A DNA stretch of 56,694 nt from a virus (taxonomy: Duplodnaviria > Caudoviricetes), in IMG/VR virus record IMGVR_UViG_3300021375_000032, positions 1-56,694 of that record; one strand, written 5' to 3'. Below the pieces are notes generated by a model. It worked only from the letters and a program-made list of their open reading frames with translations. It did no database searches and was not told where the DNA came from. The position numbers and the translations under genes are program-made. How positions within the stretch are numbered: position 1 is the stretch's first letter; each line of letters begins with the position of its first letter. Shown piece by piece: positions 17,942 through 32,900 of this stretch.

Positions 17942-20900
17942 TCAGGTAGCTCGGATGTTCCGGCACGTACGAATCTTGCAATTGAATTTTCTGTATCACC
18001 TAGTGCTGTACCTAGTATTGTCCAACTTTGTCCTACTTTCTTAACAACTGTTACTCGTGTATCTTTTGCAGGAGTAGTAAGTAATGTAATTTCATTTGTA
18101 TCTGCGTTAAATGTAAAGTCTGCTGCAACTGATGTATCGCCGTCTGGACTATCTAATGCTGTTGCATAGTTAAACACATCTAGTGCCGTCTTACGCATAC
18201 GCACACCGCCTACAAACACTTCAATCTCATTAATCGATGCTACTGGGTAACCAATCTCAAACGTTGCTGTAAGACCGTCTGCTCCTATTTTTTTAGTTCC
18301 ATCCTCTACATAAGATGCATTATAAGATAAAATTTGATCTTTATACGGAACAGTTTTACTTATGTTTTGATCAAATACTTTTGTATCTGTTGCATATGTA
18401 TCTTTAACACCAGTACCTAATGTACCTCTGCGTAGTTGACGTAGCGTGTTTTCTTCTTTTACAAAGTATTCAATACGCTCGCCTTCAATAAAGATCACAC
18501 CAGGTAAGTTTTGACCTTTGTTTGGTTCTGATAATTCACTTGCATCGTCTAGTTCAATTCTTAAATCATAATAATTTAATGATTGTGCTAATTTAGCAGC
18601 AGATTTATCAAGACGTTTGAAATGTGTTCTATTAAGCATGTCTTTAAATTGTCTATAAGAAAATTTAGGCTTGCTAACTGGTGCTGTAAAATGTATAATA
18701 TCAATAACATCATTTGCTGCCGGCTGTCTAACTAGTTGTACTTTTAACTTGTCGTCAGTTACAGAATAGTCTACGCTAGGTGTTAATAGTTCACCGTTTA
18801 CACTTACCCATACATACTGTGCATCAACTGCTGGTTTACGTAATGTAACTTCGCCAACTGTTAATCTGTTATAGGTAATATAATCAACATCTTCAGGTAT
18901 TAGTGTTGTTCTCGATACAACATCGTAATTAATACGTTCAATTCCTAATAAGTCGTGATTTGCAAATTGTATTATTTCTACTACTGCACCGTTGATAGGA
19001 GCAGTATCTAAAGTAATACTTTTACCATTGATTCTATAATCGCCGTCAGTAATTACATACATTTCAATTAAATTACCCGGAATACCAACATCGTCAGTAA
19101 GAGTTATACTACTATTAGCTATTTCAAATCGCCAATCTAAAGGAGTAAATTTCTCTTCTCCATTTAAGAAAATTTTAACATCTGCAACATCTAAACTACC
19201 TTGCGGCATTTGGAATATTTCTAATGGATACTCTCTTTGATTGTTTTCAGGTATTGTATACTGAATATTATATCCTGCATTTAATATTTTATTGTCAACT
19301 TTAACTATTATATTATGCTCACTCGGAATCGCATAAAGTGGCGCACTTGCAAGTGTAAACTCTCTAGTAGATCCGTCTCCTGTAAATACGTCTTTGGTAA
19401 TTTGACTATAATTAATTTGTTCATCTGCTGAAAATACAGTATAATTAATTACAGCACCGTTTAATACTACTTCCTCAAATCTAATAACAGTTTTAGATGT
19501 AGTGTCTGATTTAAATGCTACAACTGTTTGTTGTACTCCATTAATGCTTGCATACACGCTTGCATTTTCTTCCCAGTCAACTGTTGTTTCAAACTCTGTA
19601 GTTGAACCATCACCAACAAGTTGTCCAAAGTCTAATATATTTTGTATACCTTGGGAAACTGTTACAATATTAAGCTCGGCGCCTACAACTGCTGTATCAA
19701 GTGTTACGGTATTTGCACTCCAATTAATAGTGTACTCAGTTTGTGGAAGTATAATATTATTAACTTTTACAATAACTGCATCACTACTATTTGGTGTAAC
19801 ACCTAAATCATAAGTTACAGTACTGTCCATAATATAACTTTGGCTGTTAATCACTCCTTGTCCTTGGCTATCTCTTGTGTACACTTTAATATCTAGTGTA
19901 TCAAGGACTTGTCCAGGAACAACTTCTTCAGGACCGGCGCTTGTAGTTGGAGTAACAAATCCGTCACCGTCAACAATAATTTCTTCTGCTGCTATACCAC
20001 GTGCTGTTGTATATGCTAAGTCGCCGCCTGTTAGCGCAGTATCATAACTTTCTGCATCAGGAAGAACGCTACCGTCACTTGTTGTTTTTCTTACAACAAA
20101 TACATCATTGTCTAATAATTCTATTCCCAAATCCTGCACATAAACAATGTCTGTAACGCCGTCACCTGTAATGCTGTTTGTAATAGCATACACGTTTGTC
20201 GGAGTTCCTGCATCATAATTAGGATCATCAATTCTTACACCGTTTTTATATAAGTTATAAACAACACCATCTTCTAAAGGAGCACTTAATTGTACTGCAA
20301 TAGTCGAGCCGTCTGCTGTAAATACCTCGTCTTCAAATGTGTCGTCGAACTCGTCCCAGTTATCTGTGTACCATGGCAGACTATCAAACCCACTTGGACT
20401 CGAGAAGTCAAAACTGCGTACTTCAACACCGCCGTAATCTACACCAGTCATTAACTGTGCCAAGTCGTTGCCGTACATTCCTGCAATCGGATTGTAAGCA
20501 AATTTAATTCTGTCTTCTGCATTTAACATGCTTAACGGAATATTGTACTCAACACGTATTACAGAGTTAAGCTTAGGAGGCGTTGCAAATAATATTTTAC
20601 CTTGTTCTCTTACATAAGATTTATCTGTGTTTTTAATATTCTCAAATGTATATTTGCTACGCAATTGTAAAATATTATCTACGTAAACATTAACTTTTTT
20701 AATGTCAAGATCCATTGGCCATTCAAGGAAGAATCTATTTTCAAATCCTGTTCCTGTAAATGTTTCTGTTTTAGCTAATGTATCAAAAGTGAATGTTCCG
20801 CTAGTTCTGTCAAACTTAATTTTAATACTCGGCGTTCTTACAACACCGTTACCCAGTACTGCTGTTGCTCTCGCAGGAGTACCTGTTTCTACTTGTGAGC

Positions 20901-23900
20901 CGGATATAACAACAGAAGGCGCACTAGTATATCCATTACCTGGGTTAGTTATTTTGATGCTAGTAATTTTGCCATAACCTAAGTATGCCTTTGCAGTTGC
21001 GCCTGAGCCGCCCCCGCCTACAAGTGTAACAGTAGGCTCAAATGTAAATCCTGAGCCACTACTGCCTAATTGGATTTCTGTTATTTGGTATCCGAGATTA
21101 TCTTTCCAATTTTTACGTGGATAAACAGATATATCTAGATTTTCTTTTTGTATTTCATTATCAACAATAATTGCATTACTTGATTCTATTGATTTTATAA
21201 GTTTATTATAGAAAGGTGGTAGATCAAAATCACTTATGCTACTATTTGTAGGATCAATAGCAGTATATTCACTAACAAACTCTCTAATTTTTGTCGAATA
21301 CGGTTTAAATTCTTCAACAAAATCTTGATAGCTTTGTAAATTATCGTTATTAAATGTTATATCTTGTTGACTTAAAGATTCTCTATTATGTTTTGCTTTT
21401 ACAAAACTAGTTTTAAACATCCAGTCAACTGATTGCTGTTCTGACATTACATATCGTAACGCTGCCATAAACAGTTGATTGTATTCAATTTCTAAAGCAT
21501 TTGTAAATAGTTTATCTCTAATAGTTTCGAGTATAATTCTTAATTCAACACTCGGATTATTATCAAAGAAATTACTATCAAAACTGCGGTTACTATATCC
21601 TACAGCGTTTTTTGAATAATCATATAGTGTATCTTTAAATTGTATTGTGCCGTTTTGACGGCCAATTGTTTCATAATTTATAGTATAATCTTCACTATCT
21701 TGATTATCAATTTTACGAAGTAATAACCAACCACCAGATCCTACATTTTCAATTTTTGTAATATCTCCAATGTTGTTACTTAGTGATGGAATTTGGTATG
21801 ATCCTAGAACTGTATCATTAATATTTGTAAATTGATTATAGCCTTCTGCGTACCAATCTATATAATTCCAGTATAACTCAACATTATAACTTTGTATTTT
21901 TCTTCTATACCATTCAGTACCGTTCCACGAATACAATGCCCATTTATCTTGTACAGATTCGTCTGCATTAATTAATACAGTAAACGGTCTAATTGTAATT
22001 GTTGTAGACGAATTATAACCCGATCCTGTATTAGTAATATTAACATCAGTAATCTGACCTAAGCTATTAATAATAATATCAAAATCTGCATCTACACCTT
22101 CTCCATTAATCTTAAAGCTAGGAGCAACTTTATAACCACGTCCTGAATCTGTAATGTTTATTCTCGAAATTCTACCATTAGTAATTACAGGAGTCAATAC
22201 CGCAGGAGTAATTTTATTTGTGCTTACAAATTTAAGATCTGCAAAAGTGTCAATAGCTAGATCATATTCTTTTGATATTAGCGTTGGCAAGGTATCTTTC
22301 TGTGTTAGTGAAGAAATATCATATTCGTCTACTATAAGATTTTCAGAAAGTTTTAGATTTATTCTCTCAATAGTTTGTTTCAGTGCTTCAAATCTATTGA
22401 CAAACATACTTTGTCTTGGACGGTTTTGTACGCCGTAACGATTTTTAACAGTAATAGTTGGATCAGGTACAATTCTATTATTGTCATCAAAACCAATTAA
22501 GCTGTCAAACCACTTACGTTCAATATCAGGATCAGGCTTACTTGTTTCTAATCCGTCTGATATTAGTTTATACTGGCTGTGTATGTTTTGTAATTTTTTA
22601 GGTCCAGTTGAATATTTAATATTCAACACTAGATCGTCGTTGTCAACAAATGTGTCAAAGTTATTAAGTACAAATTTATTATTAGAAAGCAAGCTTAAGA
22701 ATGGATAAGCCTGTATTCTAGGATTTTCTATAAGAGCTGCAATGTCGCGAATACTTAATCTTCTATTCTCTAACACCGGAACTACAACACTATTGACTAT
22801 CCAGAAATAATATTTGTTATTAAAAGTTTTACTAAACTCATCATAGGTTATTTTAGTTGAATACCTAGCGTCACCAAATAAACTTGTGCCACTAATTCCG
22901 TTAGCTATACCATCAGGAGTATCAGCAATGCCATCTCTAATGCTCGGTATAAGGTTACTTTCTACCCACTCATATACATCAATTCTTGCGCCAGGTGTTA
23001 GTTTATTCCAATTATTTTTTTGGAAAGTAGTTGAACCTTGATAAGCGTGTGTAAATTTAGCAGTACCAATATTCCACCATACTTGCCCAACGTGTTTATC
23101 AGTCCATGCTCTGTTAGGATCAACTGAACTATCCGATGTATTACCTGTATTATATACTGCTGGATCAAACGGAGTTTTGAATGTAATTTCTTGATCAGCT
23201 GGTCCTGCAATCTTACCCTGTACTGGATCAATGTAATCTATATAACTTACAATTCTATTTTCGCGCTTGTTGTATAAAAAGGCGCCTTGGATATTATCAA
23301 CATCTACAGGTGTAATGCCTTCTTTAAGAATGTTCCAACCAAACACTCCTTTGTTTTTTCTAAAGTCTAGTAACTGTCCCTTAGTACTATCGTTGAACTG
23401 ATCTGGCATTCCAATATAAACGTGATTGCTATTAGCATAAATGTTTTCGCCGAATGTAGTTTGTGTTAGTGGATATACAAACTGCTCTGAATAGATTAGA
23501 CTTTCGTTAACTTCTTCGTATACATAAACAACACCTTTGTCTAACTTAACATTTCTAAAGTTTGTAAAATCTCTGTCAAATGTAGTTACTGTATCTTCTG
23601 TTTCAGCATATACACTTACATCGAATGTAGTTGGAATAATTTGATCGCCATTTAAACTCGATACTACTAAATTATCAGTGCCAAAGTCTAATCCAAATCC
23701 AAATCCTTCACTTTCTTCATTTTGTGGTGGCGTTAAGGTTTGTGTTAATACAAACGTGCCGTCTGTTTGTGTATATACATAAACAACACCTTGATTAACT
23801 TTGTTAGTATCGACTAACATTGAACTAATTGCCAGCTGCGTTCCTGCAGGATTTAGTGCAACTTTATCTGCCCATGCTGTAACATTGTCAGGTGCGGTTA

Positions 23901-26900
23901 TTATTTGATCTACTTGGAACTGATCACCTACTGCACGATAAATTACAAGTTTTGTATTTACAGTACTATCGTTGTCTGCTTCTTGCTGTTTACTTGTTAC
24001 AACTAGTACTTGTGCATCGTTACTAATATCAAAATTCTTACTAAATTCTAATATATTTTCAATAGGATCAAATACTTCTTCGTTATAAAATGCATTTGCT
24101 GTTAAGTTAGGCAAATACCCTACATAATCAATATTAGTACTCAACAAAGTCCAAGAGTTATTTGATTCACTAGGAATTGATGCTCCAACTGCTATATTAG
24201 TAGCAGCTTTCCATAATTTATTATCTTGTACAACAATGTTTTCTTTTTTATAAGTGTATGTATTATCAAATACGCCGCGGTAATTTGAATCTTTACCGTG
24301 TTTCCAACTTATATTATTCCAATAAATCGGATCTGTAATTACATTTTGTGAATTAGTTGTTGCTTTTTGGCAGATGTAGTAATTGTCTTTGTATATTACA
24401 ATATCATTAACTTCGTAAGCTGTAATTTTATATTCGCCTTTGAAACTATCAGTTAGTTTTGTGCCATGGCGGAATAATTCAATTGATCCAGGATGAGCTC
24501 TTCTTTCAGTAGAGTCATCGCCTGGTAGTACAACACTGTTGCTGCTAACTAATAACGTATAATAGTTTCCTGTTTGTACTATTTTAACAGTTTCGCCGAA
24601 GTTTCTATTAGCTTCTCTATACTCTGAAACAAAAACATTTTGGAATCTATAAGTTCCATCGCGCAATTTTCTGTAAATAGCAACAGCACCTTCATTTTCA
24701 ATTGTTTTTTCTGTTCCGAATTCATTAGCTGGAATATTATAAATTTGTATATAATCTTTGTTTAAGCTAAACGGTGGGTTTGGCAAACGTTCGATTCCCA
24801 ATTCTGTTGTCTCATCAAAGAACCAATATTCTTCGTCAATGATTTTCGGAGTTTCAACAATGTCAAAATTAGTAGTATTCTCAAATACTACTAATTTACC
24901 TACAAGAGAATTTCCTAGTATTATACTGTTGTTAATATCTGTTATAGTACCAATTGCACGATCTACATCAGTTGCGCCGCGCAACGACGTGTTTGCCTTT
25001 CTACGTATTTGAAAGCGTCCGATATTTGATTGTTCTAACCACTCGCCGCTTAATACTTTTAAATAAATTCTAACATTGTTAAATTTTCTCTGCATAAACA
25101 TAACTTCTGCACTACTAGTAGTAATGCTTGTTAATGCTAAACCGCCTTGACCGTCTCTTGGATATTGGATATCTTCAACAATATCGCCAACTTGTGGTTC
25201 AAATGCAAACCCTTGGAAATCAAATTCGCTTAATTCAAAATCGATATAACCGTCCCATAGATCAACAATAGTCTGCTGTTTGTTTATATTGTTATATGTA
25301 AAGCCTGCTCCTGCAACATCGATTATTCTATTGTCAAGATTATATAATCTCATTTCAGTAGTATCGCCCACTGTTAAAGTGTCGCTATAAGTTTTACCAA
25401 CTCTAACTACCCACTTGTTACTTAATACATCTTGCTCGACTCCATCTTGTGCATCGGCTCCTGCTGGATCTCCTCGATATGATAATTGCTCGATGTAACT
25501 TGCTTGGTTCTTGTTAGTTACATATACACCAATTGCGCCAACAGTATCTTGAATGTTATAGTATTCGTTAAGATCTCTTACTGATCCTTGTAGTTTAATA
25601 TCAGCATAAACTAATCCACGACCAGTATCATAATATATACCGTTGTTTGAATATTCAAATCCAGTGTTAATCATCCAATAGCCAGCAACTGCATCACTAG
25701 GTGTATATGTTAACTCTTCAGTATAAAATCCAACAAAGTCTAGTTCTTCAATAAACAGCTCGCCTGTAACATCAAATACACCGTTTGTATTTTTAAGGTA
25801 TACAACCGCACTGTCTCTACGAGTACTTACATAAGCTACTTCGGCACTACCTGTATTAGTTGTTACAATAGATCCTACAACTGGTAAGGATATAAATGTT
25901 TCAAGAAATAACACATGGTCAATTTTTTCAACAATCGTATGTTCTTGAGATATAAAATCTTTATTGATTAACGGAATATTCCCGTCAAATGGGATGTAAT
26001 TATCAAGTGTAGGATATGTATAGCTACGCTGATTCCAAAATAAATTTAATATATCGCCTGGTTTAGTACCAATATACATATCTTTAGGAGCACGTACTAG
26101 TAAGTGACTTGTTGTATTATTTTCTAATCCTGGGTCGCCGGCTACTAAAAGATTTAACGTTGTGCTATCGCTGTCTGCTTGAGCAGCAATATTTATATAT
26201 GTATCAAATGTACTAAAAGGCTGATTTTCAATTGCTGGAAGTATTTCTCTATTTGTTTTCCATAAACTTTCTCTATATCGTACAATATCATTTTTAGTAT
26301 AAGTAGCATCTGGTTGAAAATCAAAAGTCTCTTGGCTAGTATTAGCATCAATTTTATATGCTAGTTTAGTTTTCACACTACTTGCATTTGGTATACCTAC
26401 AACAAGGTATTCGCCGTCTGGTGATACTGAAATACTTTTACCAAATTTAATATTACTGATATTAAATAAATTATCATCTTCAAAGATTATTTCTTGGTCT
26501 AGTATTAAATTATTTTGTTCTCTAGTTCTTCTATAATAAGAAACTTTTCCATTTGCATCATCAGGTGCTGAAACAAAAACATTATTGTTATCATGTGTTA
26601 TAGCAACGCTATCACTAAATTTTTGATCTGTACTATCATATTCCGAAGTATTAAAAATAGATTGAGAATTTAGATATACAGGATTATTTTCTAAAACAGC
26701 CCATTCGTCATTATAAGTATCAATCCATAATTTTTGATTGTCGTATATTGTTTGGTTAGTTGCAGCATTTATTTCGGCAACATTATCAACTCGTATTGTT
26801 CTTAATGTAGATATTACATAACTTTCATTGTTTTCTACTTCAAGGTCTGTTATTTCGTTATCTAACGGAACTCTAATTCTAACAGTATTAAGGTTAATAC

Positions 26901-29900
26901 TATCAATCTCGTACAATCCGTTAATATTATATGTTTGTGCTTCACGAACTCCGATGTAATCTCCTACAACAAAGTTTTCAATTGCCCACTTGTCTAAAGT
27001 TAGTTCAACTAACCTTAGTCTGTTTGTAGCAACTTCAGTAATAAGAGTGTTTATACCAATAACATTAACTTTTGATCTTATTAATTGTTTTACTGTCCAA
27101 GACTTATTGTCTGTGTCTGTTACCCATATAGTATTTCCAAGACTGATTAAATTAGTGTTAACTGATGCAAGATCTAATAAGTTGCCTACAACAAAATCAA
27201 CATCATCTTCATTTACATATCCTGAAGTTCGAATATACTCATTAGTTAAAGGTTTAGTCGGAAATGGTGCATGATCGTAGTCTGCAGGCTTATCAAATAC
27301 TTCATTTGGAAGTATTCTGTATATTTTATCAAAGTTAGTTGCAGGTAATGTGTTTACAAGTTCAACTGCTTGAGGAGATTCTTGCATTTTATCTTGTTTC
27401 AAGTTATATTCAACCTGCTGTACATCATCAACAGCACCGTAACGTCCAACTTGAATTGCCCACTCTTCATAGAATTCTAAATTGTCAGTTGTATTGCCTA
27501 GTGCATTAAACAATTTAGTAAACACATTTAGAGTGCCTTTGTCTGCTATCGCACCTCTATAGAATTTAAATTGACTTACATCGTCATTTATAATATTAGC
27601 AAGATATTGACGTTTTTGATATCCGATCAAATGCTGTGCCATTGTTTGCTGTTCGACATCAAAGCTATCTGAATCTAAATCGTAAAAATCGGTAAACTGT
27701 GTAATTCTATAATCAAAGTTAGTCATCAACTGTGACTCAGGCTTTTCGCTAAGTCTATACCAGAAATTAGAGTTAAAGTTTTGTGACCCTGATACATTAA
27801 TTGTTGCTACATAATAATATTGTTTGTATTTTACAATGTCACCGATATGATAATCTTTCCAAGCAGTCCAGTCAGTAAATCTTGCATCATCGTAAACAAA
27901 TCCAGGAATATTTAATCCACCGTTCCAGTTGTCTGATCTATAACCGTTAACACGAATACGCTCTTGTCTATATCCAGTTGCAGGATTATATATAGTATCA
28001 TTGAAGTCTGTAGTATTATCAAGTAATACTACATGTTCTTTTTGTACTAATGGCAATGCAACGTGATATAATCCTTCTTCAGTGCCTACTGTTTCAATAC
28101 CAAAGCTATTTTGATCTCTTAATAGACTATTAAATTCAGAATCTAAAAATAAACCGTCTGCCTTGAAAACATTATATCCGTAAAATTCATCTTTAATATT
28201 ATCAACTACATAGTAATCTCTCTTAAACTCTATTAAGTTTGCACCAGGACTTAAGGCAATTAACGAGTTATTTGCCCATCCTTGTGTTGTCCAGAACAAG
28301 AACTGTTTTGCTGCTGTATTCCAGTTTTCAACTTCATTAGTGCCGCTAATAACATTTTCAAAACTAAATCCAATCTCTAGTTGTCGTGCGCTATAACCTA
28401 ATATAAAGTCAACAACTTCTTGTGCTGTACTAAAACGACTTCCGTATTGCAAACGTTTAACTGAAGTAGTATCAAAGTTTTTCTTAAACTCTGCTGTTCG
28501 GCCGCCGGTAAGAGGCAATGCAGGAAGTTTGACAATATTGTCTGTATCAAATGTTTTGCTACTAGTAAATGAATCAATAACTCTGTAGTAAGCATTGTTA
28601 TGTAAAATTACTTCTCCACTTAGGTATGAAGTATTTGAATCCCATAGAACTACTTTTTCACTTATGCCGCCAACTGTTACTACACTTGCTGACGAATCCT
28701 GTATTGAACTATAATATTCAAAATAAGGTTTTTCTAAATTATAACCCCTAACAATATAGCCTAGTTCAGCCCGTTCAACTACTATTCCACTATACACTGC
28801 TAGTTTGCTGGGACTACTTGTATTTAAGAAAACTTGATAATTTTCTTGTGGTACAAAAATGCCATCTTGAGTAAGAGATTGTGTAGGAGATCTACTATCA
28901 AGTACTAGATTAAATTTTTCCTTACTTGTAAACCCTGCAATTTTAATAGCAAGTTGGTTAGTAATGTTTTTTAATTCAGTTTTATAATCTTCATAAACTG
29001 TTAGAATATCACTTGCAACTAGATTGTAAATGTAATTTACTAATCCAGATGTATTAGTTCTAACATCTGATTTAAATGTATTCGGTAAGTTTAAATCTTT
29101 GAGAACGATCGGTTTGTTAGTTGTTATATCAACCCATTGATTTGCTAAATTTTTGGATATTCTTGAAATATCAAACCCTAATCCCATAGTTTTTGCAGGT
29201 TGATTTAACAACATTGTTGTTAATACTGAAAACGGATATTCAGAACTTCTGCGCCATGCATTTTCTACAGGGGTATAATCTCCAAATTTAAAATTATTAG
29301 TTGCACTTCTTATATCAAAATCTTTAGCATATCTTGAATCTAATGGTGATAATAATTTTCCAGTACTATCAACTGGGATAAAATTAGTTAACCCAGGGCG
29401 AGCATATTTAGGATTAATTCTTGTATTATTAGGCTCTGCAATTTTTCCTTCTTCGAGATCTTTCCAAAGTACTAAGTTATCGCCTGTATAAGGAGCAGGA
29501 CCATACACTGTATTCCACCAGTTTGGTTTAGTTGTTATACCAAGCATCTCCCAAGGATGACTGTGCGGACGGTCAGTGTCAAATGCTCTTACATATACAC
29601 TTCTCCAAAATCCTGGATTTATATTTCCGGATGGAGACTTAGTTTCACTATAGTTAAATGTCCAATTATTAGTTCTGTCATAAAACGTATTATCAGTATA
29701 ATTTGTGTCATTTAAATTTTCTAAAAGCCAACTTTGAAAATTGCCAATCAATGTATTATCAATTTCTGTTTTTGTAAATTCATTTGTTCTAAATTCGCCG
29801 CCGATAAAAGCATTAACATCTAATCTATCAGTCGAATATTCAGCTTTAATATTATTAAAAATTCTTTTTTCAAATTCCAACAGCAATTCGTCTCTAAAAT

Positions 29901-32900
29901 CTTTATATGCTTTTATATAGCTGCCGTCGTGTCCGCGAATAAATGCAACACCGATAGGATATTCATCTATTTCAATGTCGTCATTACCTGCCAATATGGC
30001 ACCTTCGGTAGGAACATAAAACAATTTATTCATACCTACAAAAGTATAAGATTTCGATGCTGCGCCTTTGCCTGCTGCACTCTTTGATGTATATACTGGA
30101 TAGAACCAACCTCTGTTACCAGTTGCTTCATCTTCGCCGTATATTTTAAACGGACCAGATGTTTCAGGAACAGTAGCTTGCACTGTGTCGTCAATAGTTA
30201 ATTCGGGATAGTATTTTGGATATAAACCTAGCTTACTTGGAGTAGGTGCAATAAAACTTCCGTCGGTTTTGTCATACTCGTGTATTTCAATTATATCATT
30301 TTCTACTTGTCCGGCATCAATCGAAACGTATCCTGCTACATTAAAATTATAATCTTTGGTGTGTGTTAATTGTTCATTGTTTAAATAAACAAGAATACTT
30401 TTTGAACTTAAATCAGTTAAATTAAAATTATTAGTAACAGGATAATCACGAGTCCTTGCATCATAAACAGTATATTCAATTTTGTTAAATGCTCCTGTCG
30501 CAATCATATCTGAGAAATAAAATGGCTGTGATTGTAACTTATCACTATTAATTGTTTTTAATATAAGATCAACATGTTGTTTTACAGGACCATCATACCC
30601 TAAAGACGAAGCAGTATCTAAAAATATTTTTTTATATCTTGTATACTCTTTATTTGAATATTTTAATGCTTTTATAATATTATATTTTTTATTTGTTATA
30701 TGATATAACGGTAAATTAATGGTACCACTATGCTTAACAAAACGCTTGCCATACTTATCAAGGTCGCCTAAGTCACGTAGATTGCTCTGTCCTAAATAAT
30801 TTCCAGTATATCTAGGAATATCTTCCAACATACTATCAACGTGGTCAATTACTTCACCAAGAGTAAATTGACTAACATCATCATTTAACGGATTACGTTC
30901 TAGGTTATACGGAAATTCATAATAGCCATTGGTATTTTTTATAATTTTAGTATCTGTTTTAATCTTAATAACATCATTTATTTCTAAAGGTTTATTAAAA
31001 ACAACCACTACGTTATCATTGCTTTTGTCAATTGTGTAATCAGTATTAATTAATTTTAGTTTATTATTAACAAACACAACTACTTTTAAATCTGTAATAC
31101 TACTAGAGTTGTCATAACAATTAATTACAAAATTATTATTTTGGATATCTGATGCAGAATATTGTGTTATAACATATTGTTTACTAATTGTTGGTGTACT
31201 ACTAAATCCATTAACATATGAAAAATCAGTTAAACTTTTATACTTTTTTAAATATCCACTATCAATTTTTTGTGTATATAAATCTTCTTCTGTTTGGTAT
31301 GTAAATGTATCATTTAATAGATTAAAATCAAATACAATATCTCCGGAGTTTTCGATAGATTTATAACTTAGTGCAAAGCCTAATTCAGTATCAACTGTGC
31401 CTTCGCCTTGTGCATAAGAAAATAGTTTAGTTCCTTTAAATGTAGACGATCCGTAATATGTTTCATCGCTATAATTATTCCCATTAACATCACATACTTC
31501 GAACATAGGAGTTTGATTTCGTGTTGTTTTTTCTTGTGCAAGTGTCCATTTGCCGCCTTGATAGTGGTAACTTTTACCTGAATTTTTTACACCCTGTGTA
31601 ACTAATACAGTTTCAAGATCGATTGGATTAGTATCGTTAGTTTCGACTAAACTAATTTGTCTATTATTGCTGATATTAACAAATTTTACTTGATATATTT
31701 TTCCACTTACTAGTATATCAGTATCTGCTGCAAACAATACTCGCATATTGTCAGCAAGTTCTACGCCGTCAATATTATATCCTAATTGTCCTTCGATTGT
31801 ACTAAAAACATCTGTAGTAAAAGTGTCAATTAAATCAACATCTTGTTTAGCAACAGCTCCAAAATTATTTAACTTTAGTCCAGCTTCAAATTCAATAATT
31901 GGGCGTTTTGCACGAGTTAATTCGTCAACGTTAATTGGCAAATCATTATATTCAAAACTTTTTATAATTACGTCTTTGTGATGCCATCTATTATAACGAC
32001 TCCAAGCATTTCTATCCAGTGAAGCTCTATTAACAACAATGTAATCTTTTTCTGTTGCATATGCACTTGCATCACTAAATGGCAACGTATCAAAATTATC
32101 ACTGTCAAATGCAATACGTTTTGTATCATTGTATGCTGCTGGAATAATTAAGTTACTGTCCTTAATTAGTTTAATTTTGTCGCCAACACCTTCTACATAC
32201 CAATCGTTAGTTTCATACTCAACGGGTAAGACATCACCTTGAAATCTAATTTTCATTCCGTTAGATAATTCAACACCGTTTGCACTTAAATAAGTTTTCT
32301 TGCCTAATATTTCTTCAGCAACATTAAGAAATGCATTTTCTTCAATGTCATAAATTCTAAATTGTCCACTTGTATCTACAGCATTTTTACTAATATAAAA
32401 TAATCTGTCAGGAGCATTAAAAGGTATTGTAAATTCAATTGTGCCTTTTTCAATGTATGCAACTGCTACTTCATCGCCTTCTTCACCTAACTTACGAATA
32501 CCGTCTGGATATAGTGTACTAACATTATCGTCGTCAGCAAAAGTAACACTTCCGCCGCTTGGTAGAATAATATATTCTCCTTGGTCGTATTCATTACCGT
32601 ACAGAACTGTATCAAATAATCCATCGGCACGTAGTCCTTCTGTTCCTGCTGTTAAAATTGCAGTACCAGGAGTAAATGTTCTACTAATAGCAATAGCCAT
32701 AGGATGACCAGGTGCATCAATTTCAAAACGATATGTTTGGCCGCGATATAATTTTAAATTAGGATTACGTGTTAATCCGTCATTAAACACGTAAGAAATG
32801 TTATCGCCTTGATCCTCGGTAGTAACAGTATATGTACTAACAATGTCTCTACTTTGACCTCTTACAGGTATACTAATAGGCCCATTTGGCATCCAATAGT